From the NCBI GenBank assembly GCA_030141605.1, contig JAQGDQ010000061.1:1-64000 (forward strand): a stretch of DNA of 64,000 nt. The letters are read 5' to 3'. Source of the stretch: Tubiluchus corallicola. Its lineage: Eukaryota > Animalia > Priapulida. The notes under the pieces are model-generated. The model saw only the letters and a program-made list of their open reading frames with translations, made no database searches and had not been told where the DNA came from. The translations under genes and the position numbers were made by a program. Positions 24,301 to 36,600 of this stretch are shown piece after piece; positions within the stretch are counted from its first letter, which is position 1; the number at the start of each line of letters is the position of its first letter.

Positions 24301-27268
24301 CCAGGGTTTTCACTGTGCCGTCTAAATCCACGACTAGTAGTAATTCTCCTGGATCCGCTATAAGTCCAACTGTAACTGCAGGAATGCATGCTGCTCACAC
24401 TTGTATGTCGAAATATTATTTTAAATTTTGTAATCATTTTTGTGAAAGACAAAAAGTTCTTTCTGTTTTTGTTTAGAACATCAGGTGACTAGAGTTGGCA
24501 GGCAAGTTTGACTGTAGTTCAACTGTGTCGTCTGATTGACTTTCTGACTAACTGTCAAAAAAGCTAAAAAATCTAAATACATTCAATATAGTGAAAGTAA
24601 TAAAAACTAATTTTTATATAGCAGAACTAAAAAGGTATACTGACACTTGTGCACATTTTTATCTATGTTAATCAGTCGCAATTTTTGTGAGATGTTGTAT
24701 TTCCTTTCTCTAAAATTCAAAATAAATCCATTTTGAAAAAGCTCTGATTACTCGATAATACTTGTTTAAATTGATTTGTAGAAAAGAGGATTTGATATGT
24801 TATAGTTGCACAAAAATAGTAAGTCATCCCTTCAGACTACCAGGCTGAGCTGTATTAAGGGCCTTAGCCCTGTTTATTTTGGAGTGGTGTAAATAATTTT
24901 TCATTATTTACAACTGTTGGAACAAAAACTAGGCCTACTTGCTGCAGTGAAAAAGAATTTTCTACCTGCATCTGGACCAATAGACAGTCAGCATAATAGT
25001 TAGGCCACCACTAATTATATATTGTAGCCTCAGTTTTTTCTGGAACACTCGGAGCAAATAACATTACCCATTGTTCATTTGATTTGAAGAATTTGAGTTT
25101 TTGAAAGTGTCCTGGATTACCAGTGATTAATTTATCATCACATATGCTAATACGTGTAAATTGCTTATTTAACAGCTAAGAACGACGGTGGAGGAATGAG
25201 CCCTGGTGGTATTGTTGCCATCATAATCATCTTAGTCATCGTGTTATCAGTTTGTGGCTGGCTGTACTACGCTTACAAATATCCAACGACTACATCGGGA
25301 CAACTACTTATCAAGGTAAAAATTTCTACTTTGCCTAAAATTGTTGTTAAAATTATACAGTAGGCACCGCTTAATAGAGACATATTGGAACGTAAGTGTT
25401 TTTACCGACTGAATCCATTAGTTGACGGGTGTAGTATTAGAAGTACAAGTGATCACTCTTCAGCTTAGTCAGTACTGCGAAATCTGTAAGGGCTTTAAAT
25501 ATTATGTTCTACTGTATTTTTCAAAATTAACTGTATGCTCTTAGTTGCTCTATGATATTTATGCTTGTAAAACTGCAAACACTACTGGCAGATTACTGCC
25601 GCTGCAATCAGTGGCATAACGGCAACAGTTAACTGATTAAACATTCTGTGAAAAGTAGAAAGCTTTTCAAAAACAAACCGCTTGACATGTGATTAAAAGT
25701 TTAGCTTCCATAGGTTCTTGGTTAATTGCATCAGGAGAGCGGCTGACAGATTCAAAGCAAAACCACTAGCTAGCGTATCAGCGCATGATAAAGCTAACTA
25801 GTTTCAAACAAAACAGTAGTGTTTGTACGTTTATTATAGTGCACGTAAGTGAAGTAAACATGACGTAAAAGTAGTAAAAGCTTTTTGACCATGCACAAGT
25901 GTCTTATTTTAAGCACCTATGAGTCAGTTATGCAGAGTTATTTGCAGTTTACAGCTGTCTACAGTTTTTATATACATTTCAATAGGAGCCTCCAGTACTA
26001 AATATTTTGGAGTCAGTTAGGCGACTGATTCTATTAATCATGAGTCTAATATACAATGCCTGCTTTGATTACATTTTGATACATTCCTTATGGGTTTGTT
26101 AAAAGGGACTAGAAAGCAAACCCTTGTATGAATTGTTTTTTAAACCTATAATTATTCAAAACATCGAGTTGAGTTAGGCTGTGTAACTCTACCCAAGTGG
26201 GACACCTAGTAGATGGCCAGGAGTAAGACTAATGATAGTGTAACATAGGTGAAATTTTTTACAAAATGTTAAAATAAAAAACATCTTATTTAACATAAAA
26301 AGGCTGTGTTTCTAAGTTAAATTATGCACAAACGAATATGAACTAGGAATTGTTGTAATTCGTCCTGGTACAGGAATTGTAGTTTATCGTCGAAAAGTAG
26401 TTAATGTTCCTCGTGCGTTGTTATCCGTTTTCAAATTTCATATAATGTAAATGATGTAAATCTAAGCTGCTAAATTTTGCTCAGTTGTACTTTTCTGAAC
26501 GGGCTAGTTTGATGTGAAGTAGTTAGGTCACTGAAATAAGACAATTGTTAACTGTACTAAGTGTTCGGAATTGGGATGTTAAGCAAAATACATTTGGAGA
26601 TATGATACAATACGATGCTGAATGTGTGGTTAGTTACTGTGCAAATTGCAACACCTTGTTTTTTGCAAGTCGTTCCCAATTAATGTATAAATACATGAAT
26701 TTATGACAAAGTTCTTTTCTTTGTTTAGTCATAAAATAATATAAATATGTGAACTGTGACAGATAAATATGATACAAGAGCTACTATATCATAATATGTT
26801 TGTTTATGCAAACTGCACTGTTGACACGTAACTCGAAAACTGCCTGTAAAAATACAGCTCGTGGCATTCACGTGTCAGTAAAGCGTTTGAAGACAGCTGC
26901 TATTGCAAGAAGAAAGAACAAGGATATTCAAACACCTTATAAATAACTCTTTTTTCATTTTTTTGCATAATTGAAAAAACAAAGTGAAATGATTTTATAA
27001 ATGTGAACGATAAGCAACAATACGCAGTAGAGTTGATATGATAACGATATGTCTAGAATAATAATATGATAATCAATAAAAATTGATACATATTTTTATC
27101 GTTCACATCCCTAGTTCAGCATAAAAGAAAATGAATTATTGATTGAATATTGGTTGCGATCTTCTTGTCGCAATTGTTGATGCATGCTTTGTGTTCCAGT
27201 ACCGACCTGGTTGGAAAGGCAGAAATGCAGCTGATAATACTCGCTACACGATGGCTCTCCACATGTGA
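9311..27268 (+). CDS. PLXDC: Plexin domain-containing protein (PLXDC1/2, TEM7-like type I membrane receptor), 13 coding exons, ~514 aa
   Basis: Exons 9311-9398, 14231-14397, 14983-15111, 19391-19460, 19952-20074, 21064-21182, 21430-21523, 21953-22045, 22233-22378, 22970-23126, 24253-24402, 25176-25315 and 27200-27268 are all GT-AG and phase compatible. The protein has a signal peptide (MSATRMHFLSCVSLFYIVFINFVSC), furin site RTKR, a NIDO-like region (FEFPFYG..ITIATGGFLFMG..TQYIAPLMGNF..HPVKIGLADAY..RTIYEYH), a PSI domain (C..C..C.WC...CSSGYDR.RQ.W...GC), a Ser/Thr stalk, a TM helix (GIVAIIIILVIVLSVCGWLYY) and a short tail. The exon 11 donor is the least certain. Confidence 0.92.
12440..13490 (-). 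mobile_element. LTR retrotransposon (Gypsy-like) remnant: degenerate pol 3' end, PPT, 444-bp LTR, PBS
   Basis: On the minus strand: RYDLR motif (~13245-13260), PPT AGGAGGAGAGGA (12909-12898), LTR TGTCAGG...ATTAAA...TTTAACA (12897-12454), then TT plus TGGCGTCACCGACC (PBS-like). Confidence 0.6.
13570..14025. mobile_element. hAT (Charlie-like) MITE
   Basis: 16-bp TIR CAGGGGTGTGCAAATT ... AATTTGCACACCCCTG with GCGGGCC subterminal motifs. An 8-bp TSD is not preserved. Confidence 0.8.
15856..17901 (-). CDS. Secreted 10-Cys prokineticin/astakine (colipase-fold)-like peptide, 133 aa, nested antisense in PLXDC intron 3
   Basis: Exons 17901-17842, 16851-16686 and 16031-15856 (GTAAGT donors, CAG acceptors, phases 0 and 1) translate to MKTDVLMVLLAVACFAVTLHDAAAHRGYGLAHARDYIHRLQQTHVRSSHYDQTSCLSHSECREDECCLQHTKGGRRFCSPYPKEGSVCDLTEQMTVCPCKPPLTCTNMYLFLGMPDRRPGNKRDSAYGLCVVI*. 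This is a signal peptide plus C-x5-C-x4-CC-x10-C-x9-C-x8-CPC-x5-C-x24-C. Confidence 0.88.
16377..16510 (+). mobile_element. Left-end fragment of a hAT-Ac-like MITE (similar to 26571-27113)
   Basis: TAGGAATGTCAAACGAAATACATTTG followed by ACGATA/CGATAC subterminal repeats. No right end found. Confidence 0.45.
18455..19073. mobile_element. Foldback-type element with arrays of inverted TCAAATGT(A/G)GA subrepeats
   Basis: About 7 TCAAATGT-type units on + (18466-18630) are mirrored by about 6 ACATTTGA-type units (18940-19056). Termini are TATAGGTT...AACCTATAGTG; the right end reads CACTATAGG on the minus strand, which is CACTA-like. Confidence 0.7.
25358..26066 (-). mobile_element. Second, more degenerate copy of the pogo/Tigger-type family seen at 6710-7712
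   Basis: Starts TA|CAGTAGGCACCGCTTAATAG, and internal blocks (GGCATAACGGCAACA, GAGTCAGTTATGCAGAGTTATTTG) are reverse complements of copy 1. The far end is decayed. Confidence 0.7.
26571..27113. mobile_element. hAT-Ac-like MITE
   Basis: TTGGGATGT ... ACATCCCTA termini, GATA/ACGAT subterminal repeats, and near-identical 8-bp flanks GTTCGGAA / GTTCAGCA. Confidence 0.65.
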
Positions 27269-29886
27269 TTGATAACTCATGGTGCTGTAAGATTTTGTTA
27301 GCATTTTAAGTAATTAATATGGAGACAAATCGCAACGACAGTTTTTGCTCTTAGATTTATTATTTTCTTAATGCCATGTGATAGTAATTAATATTTGCAA
27401 ATTTTTGTACTATTTTTAAAACATTGCAAGCCTTTTAGCAGCAGTTAGCTTTTTATTTTGCTGTATTATTTACTAATAAACGATGCTTTATTTTTGATAC
27501 TATGTACCCGTTCAAAAAGTAATATTATTAAATACTTGTCTTTTTATCAGTAGAGCTTATGAAGAAAACTTGGTTATGTGGCTAAAATACCTAAAATCAA
27601 AATGTAGTTAAATTTCTTTTTTTCGATTCCCTATTGTTTATTTTGTAGTTATGTATTATATTGTTCCTGTAATTGTTAATATTTACAAAAGCCAAAATAT
27701 CAGCAATGATTGTCCAGATAATCATTTGCATCTGATTGCATGTTTCCGCACGGTGCTTCGTCCATGTGTAAAATGGAAAATCTTAACATATCAAACGTAT
27801 ATTTTCCTATGTGAACATTTGTTGTTCTTAGAAATGTAGCTTGTTGGTGATGAGTTGTAATTTTACATTTATGATCCCACTGAGCCATAATTACAGGGTG
27901 ACAGTATTAGTATTTTAAACTTTACTTCCTTTGATATTATTTTATGCTGCCTAATTGGTTTTGATGTATGACATTTTATCAAATTACATCTAAACATACT
28001 AAGCATACATCATAGTACTTGTACTTTTTATTGTTGTTTATAAACAATCTTCTCTGCATAATATTTCTTAAAAACGTAATAGCTCATTGATGTTTTCCCA
28101 TTCAGATAACAATGATACTCTATATGCTTGAGCTGTTAATAAGCACTTGATTTGCATTGTTTAAATTATTTAATTACATTCTATGTATTGTACTTGCCAG
28201 TATTGCTTTATTGTGCATTTGTTGTATTTAATAGCATTGTTTATATTGGTTTACTATGCCTTAGTCTGCTTTAATCTGAGGCTTGTGTAGTACTTTAAGA
28301 GCCTTCTCGATATTAATTTATCGTATGTTTTGCATGAAAGAGCACCATTTGCTAATTTACAATCTGTGCTTTATACTTGGGAGTACTGGACATTTATTGT
28401 AATGACTGCATAGACAATGCACTAATTTAGACACAGGCTTACAAGTAGGTAACTGCCACATGTAAGCAAAATACGAGCGAAACTGTGTACCTTGGACAAT
28501 ATTTATTTCGTAATAACTCTATTTAGTCATTCCAGTAAATTTGTAATAGGTAATCCCTCTGTAACACTGTCAGTTTGATATGTTGCATTGGATTTTGAAG
28601 TACTTCCTTTGTAAAACTGCATATCTCCTACCTGGAGAATTGCAATTTTTGCTCTTTCTTCATATCAACAGCATAAGTTCGTTGTTTGTGAGGAATCTCT
28701 TGCAAGCGTTTTTTTCCTTTATTATTGTTTTTATTAACACTAGATAACACTAAAGTTGTAATTTTGTAACATTAAAGTTGCGGAAATTTAGTGTTAATTG
28801 AGAATCTCTTTAAAAATGTAAATTTAGGCGCTCCTGTTCTTTTAGCTTGTAGTTTTCCATGTTTAAATATTCTTCCACTTATTTTTGCAACTGCATTTGG
28901 CTACACATACAAGAGCTTGGATCAGAAAGACAGATTGCTACAAGTTTTCCTCTGATTGTAACTTTGCATTTAATGCAGTAGTTTTTATCTATCTCTTCTA
29001 TTTGCACTAGAATCTACCTGTATAAAATTTTCTAAATTCTCATATTTTTAGGACATTTGTGAATGAAATTTGTGTTGTCCCATGTTGTATAAGTTCCTGA
29101 GGATATCAGGTAAAAATTTTATTTTTCAACATTTGCCGAAAAGGTATAATGAAAGTTAGGTCAGTTTTTATTATGAAGACTTCAGTGCTGCAAAAAGTTG
29201 CTATTAAATGTTATGAGGTGTGGCATCTGTTAGAGTACATTAGTAATTTAGTACACACTACACATGAAATATTACTTCCAGAGTAAATTATAATTTCATG
29301 GCAATCTTCTGCAGTTTTTTAGTTTCGTTATTGGAAAGAAAAAGTTATGCCACTGGTGCCACGTATCATAATGCTATGCCTAAAGATAACTCAAAAATTG
29401 CAAAGCTAGCTCGACTGAGTTGATTAGTATATTAATTAGTGATTACTAGATAGTTTTCTTGACTAGTTATCTGATAACGGTATGTAAATATTGTAATTTT
29501 AGTTGTGTTAAGATGTCATATATTGATTACATTCCATCTTGTTAACTTCTTCGATTTGCTGATTTTGTTATGAAGACAAGTAATTTGATAGTTCCTTATG
29601 GTCAATGATTGGGCAATGCAAATAGCTAGATCATCTTGTTTTTGCAATGCTGGATGGTTTGAATAGTGTGAATGTAACTTAGTATCTGTAATGAGAGACT
29701 TATGCTATTTGAATTGGTGAAATTCTGTTCTATGGAGCCAAGTCACATAAAATTGAAAAAGTACTTAGTTTTATGGGTATATTGTGCTGACACTAAAACC
29801 ACATTTGCTATTTATTGTGAAACATTACAAGTTTCAACTTTTACAGAAACTAAAACTAATTCCCCTTAAAATTGATTTTACGTTAA

Positions 29887-30327
29887 GAGGCCATCCACAT
29901 ATAACGATATCAAGTTTTCGGCAGATTTCGAGGACATACCTACCCTGAGTTATAATGGCTTTATCATATGACCTGCCACCTACCCTACCCCTTATATTGA
30001 TATCGACATCACACCAATGTTACTTTTTGTACTAGGCAGTGTCCAAATTCACAATTAGTATGTATCAGGGGAAAGTTACAGTGTGTTATTTTCTAACTGT
30101 GATTGTGATAGAGGAAGTTTATCACCGTGAACCAAGATTTCGCGGAACAATTGTTAAAAATGGCAGGCCGCTGTAATCAGCACAAAATGGTTGCGCCTTT
30201 TCTAGCATCGTCGCTGCAAGTACGCACTTCCGAAAAGAGTGTGAAGTCAGACTTGCATTATAATGGCATTATCATGTCTCCAGCCACCTACCTATCCTAA
30301 ACTTTATATCTTTATGAGGATGGCCCC
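29887..30327. mobile_element. PIF/Harbinger-type MITE
   Basis: TAA|GAGGCCATCCACATATAACGATAT ... ATATCTTTATGAGGATGGCCCC|TGA gives imperfect TIRs with 3-bp TNA flanks. There is an internal repeat of TTATAATGGC.TTATCAT...CCACCTACC. Confidence 0.7.
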
Positions 30328-31000
30328 TGAGCTTGTGAAAGAAAACGTTTGTAAAATATTTAAAATAACTGACATGTTTGTACAGTAAAGTGGTGAATGG
30401 TTAAAGCAGTGGCACTTAAGTAGTCCCTCATATGGTTAAGTTCATAAAACTAAATAAAAACTATTTTAAATCAGCTTAAACGTTCAAAAGCCAACAGGCC
30501 TTCAGTATAATCGAGTAAGATGTAATAAGCATAATAAACTTATAATGGTGTGGGCTTAACAAAGTTCAGTGTGTTTGACACTACTGCACAATGTGCAAGG
30601 AAATATATATTTTAACAATATTGTAGATAAGTATTCTTAACAGTCAGAAGCCATAAAATGAATTATACATTTTAATTAACGTTTGATTATGTTATTGTTT
30701 GTAGAGACGTTACAAAATAATTTAGTTTATTTATGATGGAAATTTGCCAAGCTTGAGTTCTATAATAATAAAAAATTGCAATTTGTATTTTTAACAATTG
30801 GTATGTTTTGCTTTTGTTGACAGTGAATGTTAGTTCAATAAACAGCAAGTTCATACAACTATTTACTTGAAAGCATGAGTAACTCAGATGCACTTATGGT
30901 TTACAGCTCATTGTATGTAAAGTAAATTTAATAGATATTTGCAATGATTGAGCAAACTGAGTAAAAATATAGTATTAAATCTAAATGCAATAATTCTTCA

Positions 31001-32194
31001 TCAGCTACAGACTTTCTTGTGTTCATAGCCAACTGCACTGGAAATGTCACGAAAGCCATCTCTTTTCAGCAAGTTGACTAATTCTTTCTTAATTGTCTCT
31101 GCCACTGGTGGCCCTTGGTATGCAAAAGCAGTGTATAATTGAATTAATGAAGCACCAGCTAGAATCTTCTCGTATGCGTCAGTTCCAGAGGCTACACCAC
31201 CAACACCAATAATTGGAATTTTACCCTCTGTCAGTTTGTACATGTCTCGTATTACCTGTGTTGATAGAGATTTTAACGGTTCTCCACTTAAACCACCAAT
31301 TTCATTCTTTTCAGGACTTTTTAATGACGACGGTCGAGTAACTGTGGTATTCGATATTATGAGTCCATCGACTCCGCTATCACGTTTCATAACAACTTCT
31401 GCAATATCCTTTTTGTCACTTTCTGTCAAGTCCGGAGCTATTTTTATCAATATTGGGGGCTTTCTTGTAGAGTTCAAATTATCTCGTTCCTTAGTAACAG
31501 CTTTTAACAGTTCTTGTAGTTGATTGCGCCTCTGCATTGATCTTAATCCTGGTGTGTTTGGACTAGATATATTAATCACCAAGTAGTTTGCAATTGTGCC
31601 AAATTTTCGTACACCTTTTACGTAATCATTTATAGGATCTACTGCTGTCTTGTTCTTTCCAAGATTTACACCAACTATTCCTTTCCTCTTAGAAGGTGAG
31701 ACTAACCTATATTTCAATCGAGAATAAACTGCTTCATGTCCATCACTGTTAAAACCATATCGATTGATAATCGCATTGTCGTTGTTTAGTCTAAATACGC
31801 GAGGTTTTGGATTGCCAGGCTGTGGGAGAGGTGTAATACTTCCAACTTCTACAAAGCCAAAACCAATCCCAATCATAGCATCGACTGCTTCGCCGTGTTT
31901 ATCGAATCCAGCTGCTAATCCGATGGGATTATCAAACTGCTGATCAAAAACTGTGCATTTCATTTCTTCAAAATGGTTCTGCTTAATTAGCGGCATTAAG
32001 CCACGTTTTGCCAGTTTAATAGCCCAAATATGTGCACTTTCAGGATCACAAATCTTTTGACCAAGTGGCATAATGACGTTTTTGTAAAACTTTGGATGAC
32101 CACTGACAGTAAGGCCTGTCCAGAATAGTACAGTTCCACTCGCCAAAACAACTGCGCCCTGCTTAATTTTCGCGGCATTTGAAATAACTGACAT
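31001..32194 (-). CDS. DHODH: Dihydroorotate dehydrogenase (quinone), class 2, mitochondrial; 397-aa single-exon ORF with a possible upstream in-frame exon at 32527-32407
   Basis: Contains an N-terminal TM helix, DPESAH, NPIGLAAGFDKHGE, GFGFVEVGSITPLPQPGNPKPRVFRL, INRYGFNS, VGVNLGKNK, catalytic NISSPNTPGLR, KIAPDL, NTT, GGLSG, IIGVGGV and GASLIQLYTA. Met at 32194 aligns with the start of animal DHODHs. Confidence 0.97.
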   Translation of the reverse strand: MSVISNAAKIKQGAVVLASGTVLFWTGLTVSGHPKFYKNVIMPLGQKICDPESAHIWAIKLAKRGLMPLIKQNHFEEMKCTVFDQQFDNPIGLAAGFDKHGEAVDAMIGIGFGFVEVGSITPLPQPGNPKPRVFRLNNDNAIINRYGFNSDGHEAVYSRLKYRLVSPSKRKGIVGVNLGKNKTAVDPINDYVKGVRKFGTIANYLVINISSPNTPGLRSMQRRNQLQELLKAVTKERDNLNSTRKPPILIKIAPDLTESDKKDIAEVVMKRDSGVDGLIISNTTVTRPSSLKSPEKNEIGGLSGEPLKSLSTQVIRDMYKLTEGKIPIIGVGGVASGTDAYEKILAGASLIQLYTAFAYQGPPVAETIKKELVNLLKRDGFRDISSAVGYEHKKVCS

Positions 32195-32894
32195 GTCTGC
32201 TGAGCGTAAAAAAATAAAATGCACGATATATAGTTGTTTTCAAATATAAAGTTCTGCTCATGTGCTAAAACCGCTGAAGATCAACGCGCTATCTCAATTC
32301 ACTGAAGCACCAGTGCTAGCCTGTAATCGATTGGCGATCGCAAAGCGTCTCTAGCTCCATCTCGTGATGTAAACTATGACGAACGTGATTATATGTATGA
32401 ACTTACCCGAGACTCTGAATCTGCCCGTTTGCTTTTTCATCAATTTGTCATTTTCTTCATTTCGTTCCTTCTTGTAAACTGGAATTTCTCCTAAGATGTC
32501 AGTTTGCTCGCCATTTCGATTACGCATTGTAAAATAATTCCTCAGAATAAGAATAAGAAAATGTCGCGGGAGACAGCGGTGTAGGAGAAAGGGTAGCGAA
32601 GGACATTAAATCTACTACCCTTAATCCGACTCGTACTGATTCAATGAAACAGATTGATTAAAGCATAATGAAAGTCAAAAACAAAGCAATATTTTTGTAA
32701 GCAACGTTTTATGCTGTAAATTTCCTTTTACGTGTAACTGTTACGCACAGCTTGTAGCCATTAACAATGAATCCAAACAATGCACTACTAATAAACATCT
32801 TAACTCCAAATGATCGCAAATGTGGAGTTTGGAAATCTGGCGAGAAAATTAAAAAACTTGGAGATTTTTTAACACAAAGTAATTAGAAATATGC

Positions 32895-33075
32895 AATATG
32901 AAAATTTCATTTTATAATCCCTTACCTACTTCTTTGTCTAAAAACTGTAATTGTTGCAAAAAAACTTATACTTTCAAACTCAATTAGAAGCTCGTGGAAG
33001 CAGACATTTTACTTGCCATTCTTTCTGTTTTTAAGCCCAGCTCATCCTTTGCAAGAGCCATCTACTGGATTTAAT
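32895..33075 (+). mobile_element. Interspersed repeat family A, copy 2
   Basis: TTTTATAATCCC..ACCTACTTC...TTTCAAACTC...GCTCGTGGAAGCAG...CATCTACTGGATTTAA, matching 52690-52850. Confidence 0.65.
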
Positions 33076-33631
33076 CTGTTTTCTAAACCAACAATTCATT
33101 TTTGTTGTACTGATTCCTTGCTTATGACATGCCTTGTGGACTTAGTTTGAGTATCATTATCTGGAGAACTGGAGGGAGCCAAGTTTCCTTTTACTCTGGT
33201 GCCTAGAAATTCTCCTGGATTAATGGTATGATAATGTAACATGAAAACAGATTCAACAGATGTATTAATGCTGTTAATTCTATTTACTGCGAGAAAGCAA
33301 ATGTGTATCATGAGACTGTGAGAGGTCTAAAATATGGAAGACTTACCATAAAGTCATCACACCCTTAATGGTAAGAACAATATCACTGATACATTAAATT
33401 CCACAATAAATTTTTATTAAAAGGAACGTTTTTACCAGTTAATTAAAAATGCCTTTGTTGTTGGATTTTATGTATCCGGCCTTACCAATTTTTGGGTGTA
33501 ACAAGAAAAATATTTACTACTATTATTATTCATAATCACAAAAATTTGTAACAATCAATACTTTTATTTAAACTACTCGGCATACATCTGAACAACCGTC
33601 ACAAATTGGGTATTTTAATCATGCACCAATA

Positions 33632-36600
33632 CTACCGCTTCAACACATTAACGAAGGCATCACGTGGTATCTCGACATTTCCAATGCTTTTCATTCTTTT
33701 CTTGCCCTCTGTCTGTCGACGCAATAATTTCATTTTTCTTGTGACATCACCACCATACTATAAAGTAATATAAAAACGAATAAGCTGCTCAATAACAAAA
33801 AGTTGCAAAACAATCATGAGACCTATTAATGTTAAATTATTAAAGCCAACGTCACTTTCCCAAACAGTAGGCAGCTACAGAGTTAAATATTTCGTTCTGT
33901 AACTTTTTCTGCAATACTGTGAAAATGTTTATGTAATGCAAGTTTTTTGATGTACTACCATACTTTCCCATCTCAGCCGCCATACACTATATTATGCAAT
34001 ATTTTTAGGTTAGGATGAGGTTACTGTTTAGGCGTGTGCTTAGTGACCAAAGTTAAGCAATGCAGAGACTCGTAAGTGAATGACTGGGTAACCAATGGGT
34101 TCAATACTCGTTTTGGGTTGCTTTGCCAGCCTGGTGTTTGATTTTACAGGATTATGCTTATAAGTTCTGGTTCCCGTTACTTGATGGAAACCTGTCTAAA
34201 TCTTGCTAAATCACAGTGTGCAAAGTATCATACTGTCCAAACTGGGATAATAGTACAATGAGAAAATACACGCTGCCATCTGCAACTGCTGAATAAAATT
34301 AAAATTCTACACTCACATTTTGCACATATCCAGTGTTTCCAAGTTTGAGGTTATACACATGATGATATGACACAACTAATAAGTGCTTTTGTTACCAATA
34401 TTCTAGGATGCACATCTTAAAAAGGGTTAGCAGGGCGTCTCACAGAACCTGAATATAGTTGTTGCTGTAGTACATGACATTCTGCTTCGTAAAAAATGCT
34501 TTTAAATGACTTTCTTTAATCTTTATTCTTCGCTTGTAGCATAAACAACTGTACAAAATTAAGCACCATGCATGCCGCTTCAATCTGCCTTTGTACAGGA
34601 TACAAGCAATAACTGAATTGATTTAATAAAATACTCAAAGCTGGTACATTGATGTGACACAAGTTATTCTCCAATCATGCACAGCAAGTATGCATCACAC
34701 TTATTATTAAAGGTTAGATTATTCAGGGTAGCTCAGAAATTACAAATAAGTTCATTATTATACACGTATGGTGGAGCTTTAAAACTGTGAGTCATTCAAT
34801 GAATTCATACAAACAAATTGCTGAGTACTCTGTGTTTGAATGCCGATGTTAGTCTAAAACAGTAAGCAGGTGAATCTTTTCATCATGTTACGTTGTATTA
34901 CACACACAATCCTAGGCTGATGGTGTCCTGTTTTGAGGCTAAGAATAAGGAACCACTGTTTAAGGTTGTCAGTGTCACAATAAATAAAATAATCCCAGTT
35001 AGTATCACATATTCGTTTGTTTTATTATTTTTTATTCGCTATGGTCCTCTACGTTTTCGCACTGTTTAAATACAGTCAACCTCGGGTATAAGGTACTCGC
35101 TTTTATGGGACCACCAACACCGGCCCCGATTTTTCGTATTGTTTTTCCTATGTAAAAATCTTCGTATATAAGGTACTCGGATATAAGGGACTTTCGGTAA
35201 TAAGGGACGATATCTTCAGGTCCCGCGTAATAGAAACCCAGGTAAATTACCTCACATATAAGGGACCCTATGATCAAAGCGAAATTGATCGATTTTAAAC
35301 CTCAATTTTTCGCAAACTTAGCCTTCGAACAGCTCAGTTTCCGCGGTCACATACATCTCGCATCACTGAAGGAGCTTCCTACATACCGTTTGCACTGAAC
35401 GTGTAGCAATAATCCATAAAAATATGGAAAAAGTAAAAGTAAAGAAAAGTACAGGTCTAGATACACCCTCGGTCTGACTCAATTTTGGATATAAGGGAGG
35501 GTTTATTCCGGTCCCGAGGTGTCTCTTATATCCAAGGTTGACTGTATTCTCATTTATTATCTTATTTATCAATTTTCCTGTATAAGCAAACTGAACAAAG
35601 CAGAACACTCAGCACTATGCACTCGCCAGTCTTCAGCTGCGTGCCTGCTGTTGTAAGTACTGGACAAAAATCTTCAGGTTTAATCAGAAAGACTGCTAAA
35701 AATTTAAAGTTTTGCACAATTAAAAACTTAAGAAAGTTTTTACATCATGTGCTTATATTTTGAGAAGAGTGTGAAGTAGTTTGGTGACATTTGAAAGGCG
35801 GGATATTATAGTTATAAAGTTGTAATAATTTTGCCCACATTAAATTAGTGTTATGAATGAAAACTAGCTATAATTTACTTTGCAAAATCTGCAAATTGTT
35901 TTGTCTTGACTACTTGAAAAAGCTACATTATTTAGCTGTAAGTTACTGTCACAGCAAAATGTCATTCATTTAGATGAATCATAAACAGAAATGCAATCTT
36001 TTATCAGCTGTTAAAGATTATTCTGGAAGAATCACGTTTCAGAGAGTGAGCTGGTATCTGCTCTTCAAGCATCCAGTGTGAAGCCTATACCTGTACATTG
36101 AGGGAAATTCTCATTAACGTGAATTTATAAAATAACAATTTAGTATATCATGGGCAGTGCGTGTTATGGGCTACAAGTCTGGACCAATGTAAACACTACA
36201 ACACAAGTATAAATAAACACTTAAAACTTACAAGTTTAGCAGTGACATTTTTCTTTAGAGCTTTGACATTTTCACGCACAATTGGTTTGATCCCATCTCC
36301 TATGACAGCTTGTATGGACACTTCAAAGAGTTGTCGAGGTACTGCGTCACGAAGTTTCTCACATATCCGCCTCGCAATCAGCCGCGCACTTTCAGCGTGG
36401 ACGATGTGAGTCAGTTCCTCAACGTCTCTGCCATTTATCAGTATCCGTAACTGCAATATTCAAGTTAACTTTAGGGTAAGTTTCCACAAATGTATTACTT
36501 GCCCGAAAATTCTGCACGATTTGGCACAGAGAAGATATTTCTTTACACAGAGTAAGTACAAAAATAGTAATATACGTACCTTAAACTCGGTATAAAGGAA

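Noticed and set aside
24375-24390. Possible non-canonical GA donor (GCAG|GAATGC) for PLXDC exon 11
   Set aside because: A canonical in-phase T|GTATGT donor exists at 24402/24403.
33096-33350. Minus-strand exon-like segment (GTRVKGNLAPSSSPDNDTQ...) with a GTAAGT donor at ~33346
   Set aside because: The donor and acceptor phases give no open frame and the peptide has no recognisable homology.
32528-33631. GUF1-DHODH as a dicistronic (operon-type) transcript
   Set aside because: The genes are close and on the same strand, but GUF1 has its own AATAAA (~33568-33563 minus). About 1 kb containing a repeat separates it from the DHODH upstream exon, and DHODH's acceptor has a cis donor. Not supported without RNA data.
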